This document shows, piece by piece, positions 61,090-64,000 of a DNA stretch of 64,000 nt. A model generated the notes under the pieces. The model saw only the letters and a list, made by a program, of their open reading frames with translations. It ran no database searches and was not told the DNA's origin. The DNA comes from Okamejei kenojei. Its lineage: Eukaryota. A program made the translations under genes and the position numbers. The DNA lies in assembly GCA_035221665.1 (NCBI GenBank), contig CM069147.1:25792001-25856000 (forward strand). The letters run 5' to 3'. The first letter of the stretch is position 1. Each line of letters starts with the position of its first letter.

Positions 61090-61995
61090 ATGAAATGCAG
61101 ATGCTGGTTTAACAAGGGAGACAAAATACTTTAATAATTCAGCGGGTTATCTTAACATATCCAACCTTTTCCATTCCAGGAAAACTTGGATAGGTGACGT
61201 TTTTCGGTTCAGGACCCTTCTTCAGACTGATGACGTTTTAGGTCGTGACGGATTCAACGGGATTATCTCCTGCACCCCACTTCCGTTTCTTGATCCCTCT
61301 AGCTCCACCACAGAGGACGGACTATGGACCGACGTCTACTGAACACCTACCGACACTCACAGTTATCTGAACCACACTTCCTTTCACCCTAGCTCTTGCA
61401 AAGACGATATCCCCTATTCGCAATTCCCCCAATCAACTCCCACGATGAGGCTTTTCAATCAAGGAATTCTGAGATGTCCTCTTTCTTTCGTAAAAGTAGT
61501 TCTCCCCTTCCGTGATAGACGAATCCCTGATCCACGTCACCTCTGTGGCCCGTAGCTCTGTTCTCTCTCCCTCACCCACCGGATGGAACACGGGTTCCTT
61601 GGTCCTCATTTTTCACCCCATCAGCCTCGGCTTGCAACATATCAGCCTCTGACATTTATGTTACATTCAAAGCGATCCTACGAATCACTACTAATCAGAT
61701 CTTAACATATCCAACCGTTTCTGCTCTTTGCAGGGACCACTCCCTCTGAAGCTCTTTGGTTGAAGCAATAAAGTTAGAGATCGTGAGTTCTCTACCTTTC
61801 ATTCCACCAGCCTCCGCATTAATCTCATTATCGTCTAACATTTCCGGCACCTCCGATGTGATCCCAACAGCAGTCATATTTTCCTATCTCCACCCGCTCT
61901 GCATTTTGCAGAGACCGCTCCATCTACAATGCCATGGTCCATTCATCTCTTCCCACCCAGACCACCTCCTCCCGGAAAACTTTCCCCTGTCCCCA
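61090..61995. mobile_element. Decayed Penelope-like fragments (terminal repeat on minus strand, RT part on plus strand)
   Basis: gacccttcttcagactga terminal motif (~61213-61230); gaccgacgtctac and atcccctattcgcaattc similar to 18690-18790. Confidence 0.7.
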
Positions 61996-61999
61996 GAAG

Positions 62000-62815
62000 A
62001 ATGGTGGATGAAGTTTAATATAGAAATGCATGAGCATTTTGGGAGGTCAACCCAAAGTAGAATCTACACAGTGAATGACAGGGCTCTGGGGAGTGCCGCA
62101 GGGCAGAAAGATCTGGAAGTGCAGGTACATAGTCCATTGAAATTGGCGTCACAAGTAAATTGTATGGCCAAGAAGACTTTCAGCACATTGGCCAAGAAGG
62201 CTTTCAACATTCTGACCACATCGGTCAGAATATTGAGTATAGATGTTGGGAGGTCAGGTTACGGTTGTGTAAGACATTGCTGTGGGCACATTTAGAGTGT
62301 TTTCAAGTTTGGTCAGTCTGGTGCACGAAAGATGTTGTTGAGATGTAAAGGGTGCAGATAAGTTTTACGAGGATGTTGCCAGGTCTCCAGTTCTGAGCTA
62401 TAGGGAGAAGTTGAGCAGGCTAGGATTTTGTTCCTTGGAGTGCAGGAGGACGACCGATGATCTTAAAGAGGTCTCCAAGATCAGCAGAGAAATAGATACG
62501 GTACTTTTTCCCAGAGTAGCGGAATTGACAACCAGAGGACATATGTTTAAGGTGAAGGGGAACGTTTTAATAACCTAAGGAGCGATGTATTTACACAAAG
62601 GGTAGTAGGTGTGGGGAACAAGCTGACAGGGGAGGTAGTGGCGGCAGGTACGGTCACAATGTTTAAGAAACATTTAGACAGGTACATGGGCAATATAGGT
62701 TTAGATAGATAAAGACCAAACGTAGGCAAGTGAGTCTAGTGTAGATCGGGCATGTTGGTCGGCGTGGACTAGTTGCTCCAAAGGGCCTGTTTCCACGCGA
62801 TATGACTAGATGACT
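62000..62815 (+). mobile_element. Old CR1 LINE 3' fragment
   Basis: Degenerate matches to WWMKFN, QKDLEVQVH and tttacacaaagggtagtagg. Confidence 0.7.
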
Positions 62816-62819
62816 GTCC

Positions 62820-63230
62820 ATCACTCTAACAATAGGAGATGCAACACCTGTCTCCATAACACCCTTGCCTCCATCCAGGGACATGGACCGTCCTTCCAGT
62901 GCGACTGAAGTTCATGTGCACCTCTTCCAACCTCATGTGCAACATCCGCTGTTCCAGACGAGGCCTCCTGTACATCCACTGAACTAAAGGTAGACTCTGC
63001 AAACATTTTGTCCCAGACGCTTGCGCTCGATCGTTAGGGCCTGTGGGAATTTCCAGTTGCTAACTATTTTAACTGCCCTTCCCATTCCCATACTGACCTT
63101 TCTATCCTGGGCCTCCTCCATTCCCAGAGTGAGGCCACACGTAAACTGAATTGAACAGCTCTCTTATTCCTTATAACACAATAGCAATAAACTTTGAATT
63201 CTCCAATTTTAGCTAACCTCAAACGACCCC
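62820..63230 (+). mobile_element. Penelope-like GIY-YIG region fragment
   Basis: Similar to 19180-19600 (ccatccaggga...ttcatgtgcacctcttccaacctc...ctccaattttag). Confidence 0.7.
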
Positions 63231-63479
63231 GCCCCGTCTCCTTTCACCCCGTAAACCCCTTCTCACCCCCACCTCACCCCTGATCCCTGGCTGAACTTGC
63301 ATCGACCCCTCTCCTCCCATCACTCTCTAGCTACTTTCTTACACAATTCGCTACTCATCAATTCCCTTGCTTCACATTTCACAACTCTCTAATAATTTTC
63401 TCCCCCCCCCCCCCCCCCCCCCACCCCCCCCCCCTCCTCCCTCCTCTGATCACCTCGGACCTGCCATACTTTCTCCTGC

Positions 63480-64000
63480 CACTCCACGTAAGCGACAGTG
63501 AAGCATCATTCCCAGACGAGCTCAATACGTTTTATGCACACTTTATTTGGGAATACACTGATGCAGCTTTCCGAGCCCCCGTAAGCCCAATGGTATCACA
63601 ATCTCCGTCACACAGGCTGACGTCAGAAGATTCTTCAGGAGGGTGAACTCTCAGAAAGCATCTGGACCTGATAGGATACCTGGTCATGTTCTTGCAACCT
63701 TTAACTGGCTGAAAATGTTGTGCACATCATCAACCTTTGACCTACTTTAAAACGGCATCACAAATAGTGGTGCCCAAGAAAAGCAAGATGACATGCCTCA
63801 ACGAGTACCGACCAGTGACAATTAACATCTGTAATGAGGAAGTTATTTGAGAGATTGATTATGACGTATATCAACTACTTCAACAAGAACCTGAACACGC
63901 TACCACTTGCCTTCCACCACAACAGGTCAACAGAGGATACAATCTTCCTGGCTCTCTACTCTGCAATGGACCACTTGGACAATAAAAAACACACACGTCA
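63480..64000 (+). mobile_element. Rex1/Babar-type LINE RT fragment (runs off the window end)
   Basis: Remnants PDELNTFYA, RVNSQKASGPDRIPG, VPKKSKMTCLNEYRPV and RSTEDTI. Confidence 0.8.

Noticed and set aside
1-64000. CRISPR arrays, rRNA genes or prokaryotic operons
   Set aside because: None seen; the sequence is intron-containing vertebrate DNA, and its short repeats are microsatellites or LINE tails.

Overview
Eukaryotic (vertebrate) genomic DNA, very probably from a cartilaginous fish, judged from its CR1, Rex1/Babar, Penelope, DIRS and tRNA-SINE repeats. The window holds two tandem + strand paralogous immunoglobulin-superfamily receptor genes, reconstructed by hand from GT-AG sites and intron phases. 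Both have the layout leader / V domain with a germline-joined J-like motif / C1 domain / transmembrane / three cytoplasmic exons with ITIM-type tyrosine motifs. Gene 1 spans 16331-27363 (333 aa). Gene 2 spans 43103-56502 (368 aa with its distal tail). They look like non-rearranging antigen-receptor-like (VJ-C1) receptors with a SIRP-alpha-like tail. Gene 2 has a tandem duplication of its whole three-exon cytoplasmic cassette. The proximal copy has lost one ITIM tyrosine, has a chimeric last exon and has its own AATAAA, so alternative signalling tails are possible. The rest is mostly decayed mobile DNA: a DIRS element with both termini, a rearranged mini LTR element with TSDs, Penelope-like elements with hammerhead cores, nested hAT/Harbinger-type elements, a Helitron-like element, many LINE/SINE fragments, GA-rich tracts and one 217-N gap. 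Repeat boundaries are approximate unless a TSD is given. No database search was possible, so family names are motif-based.
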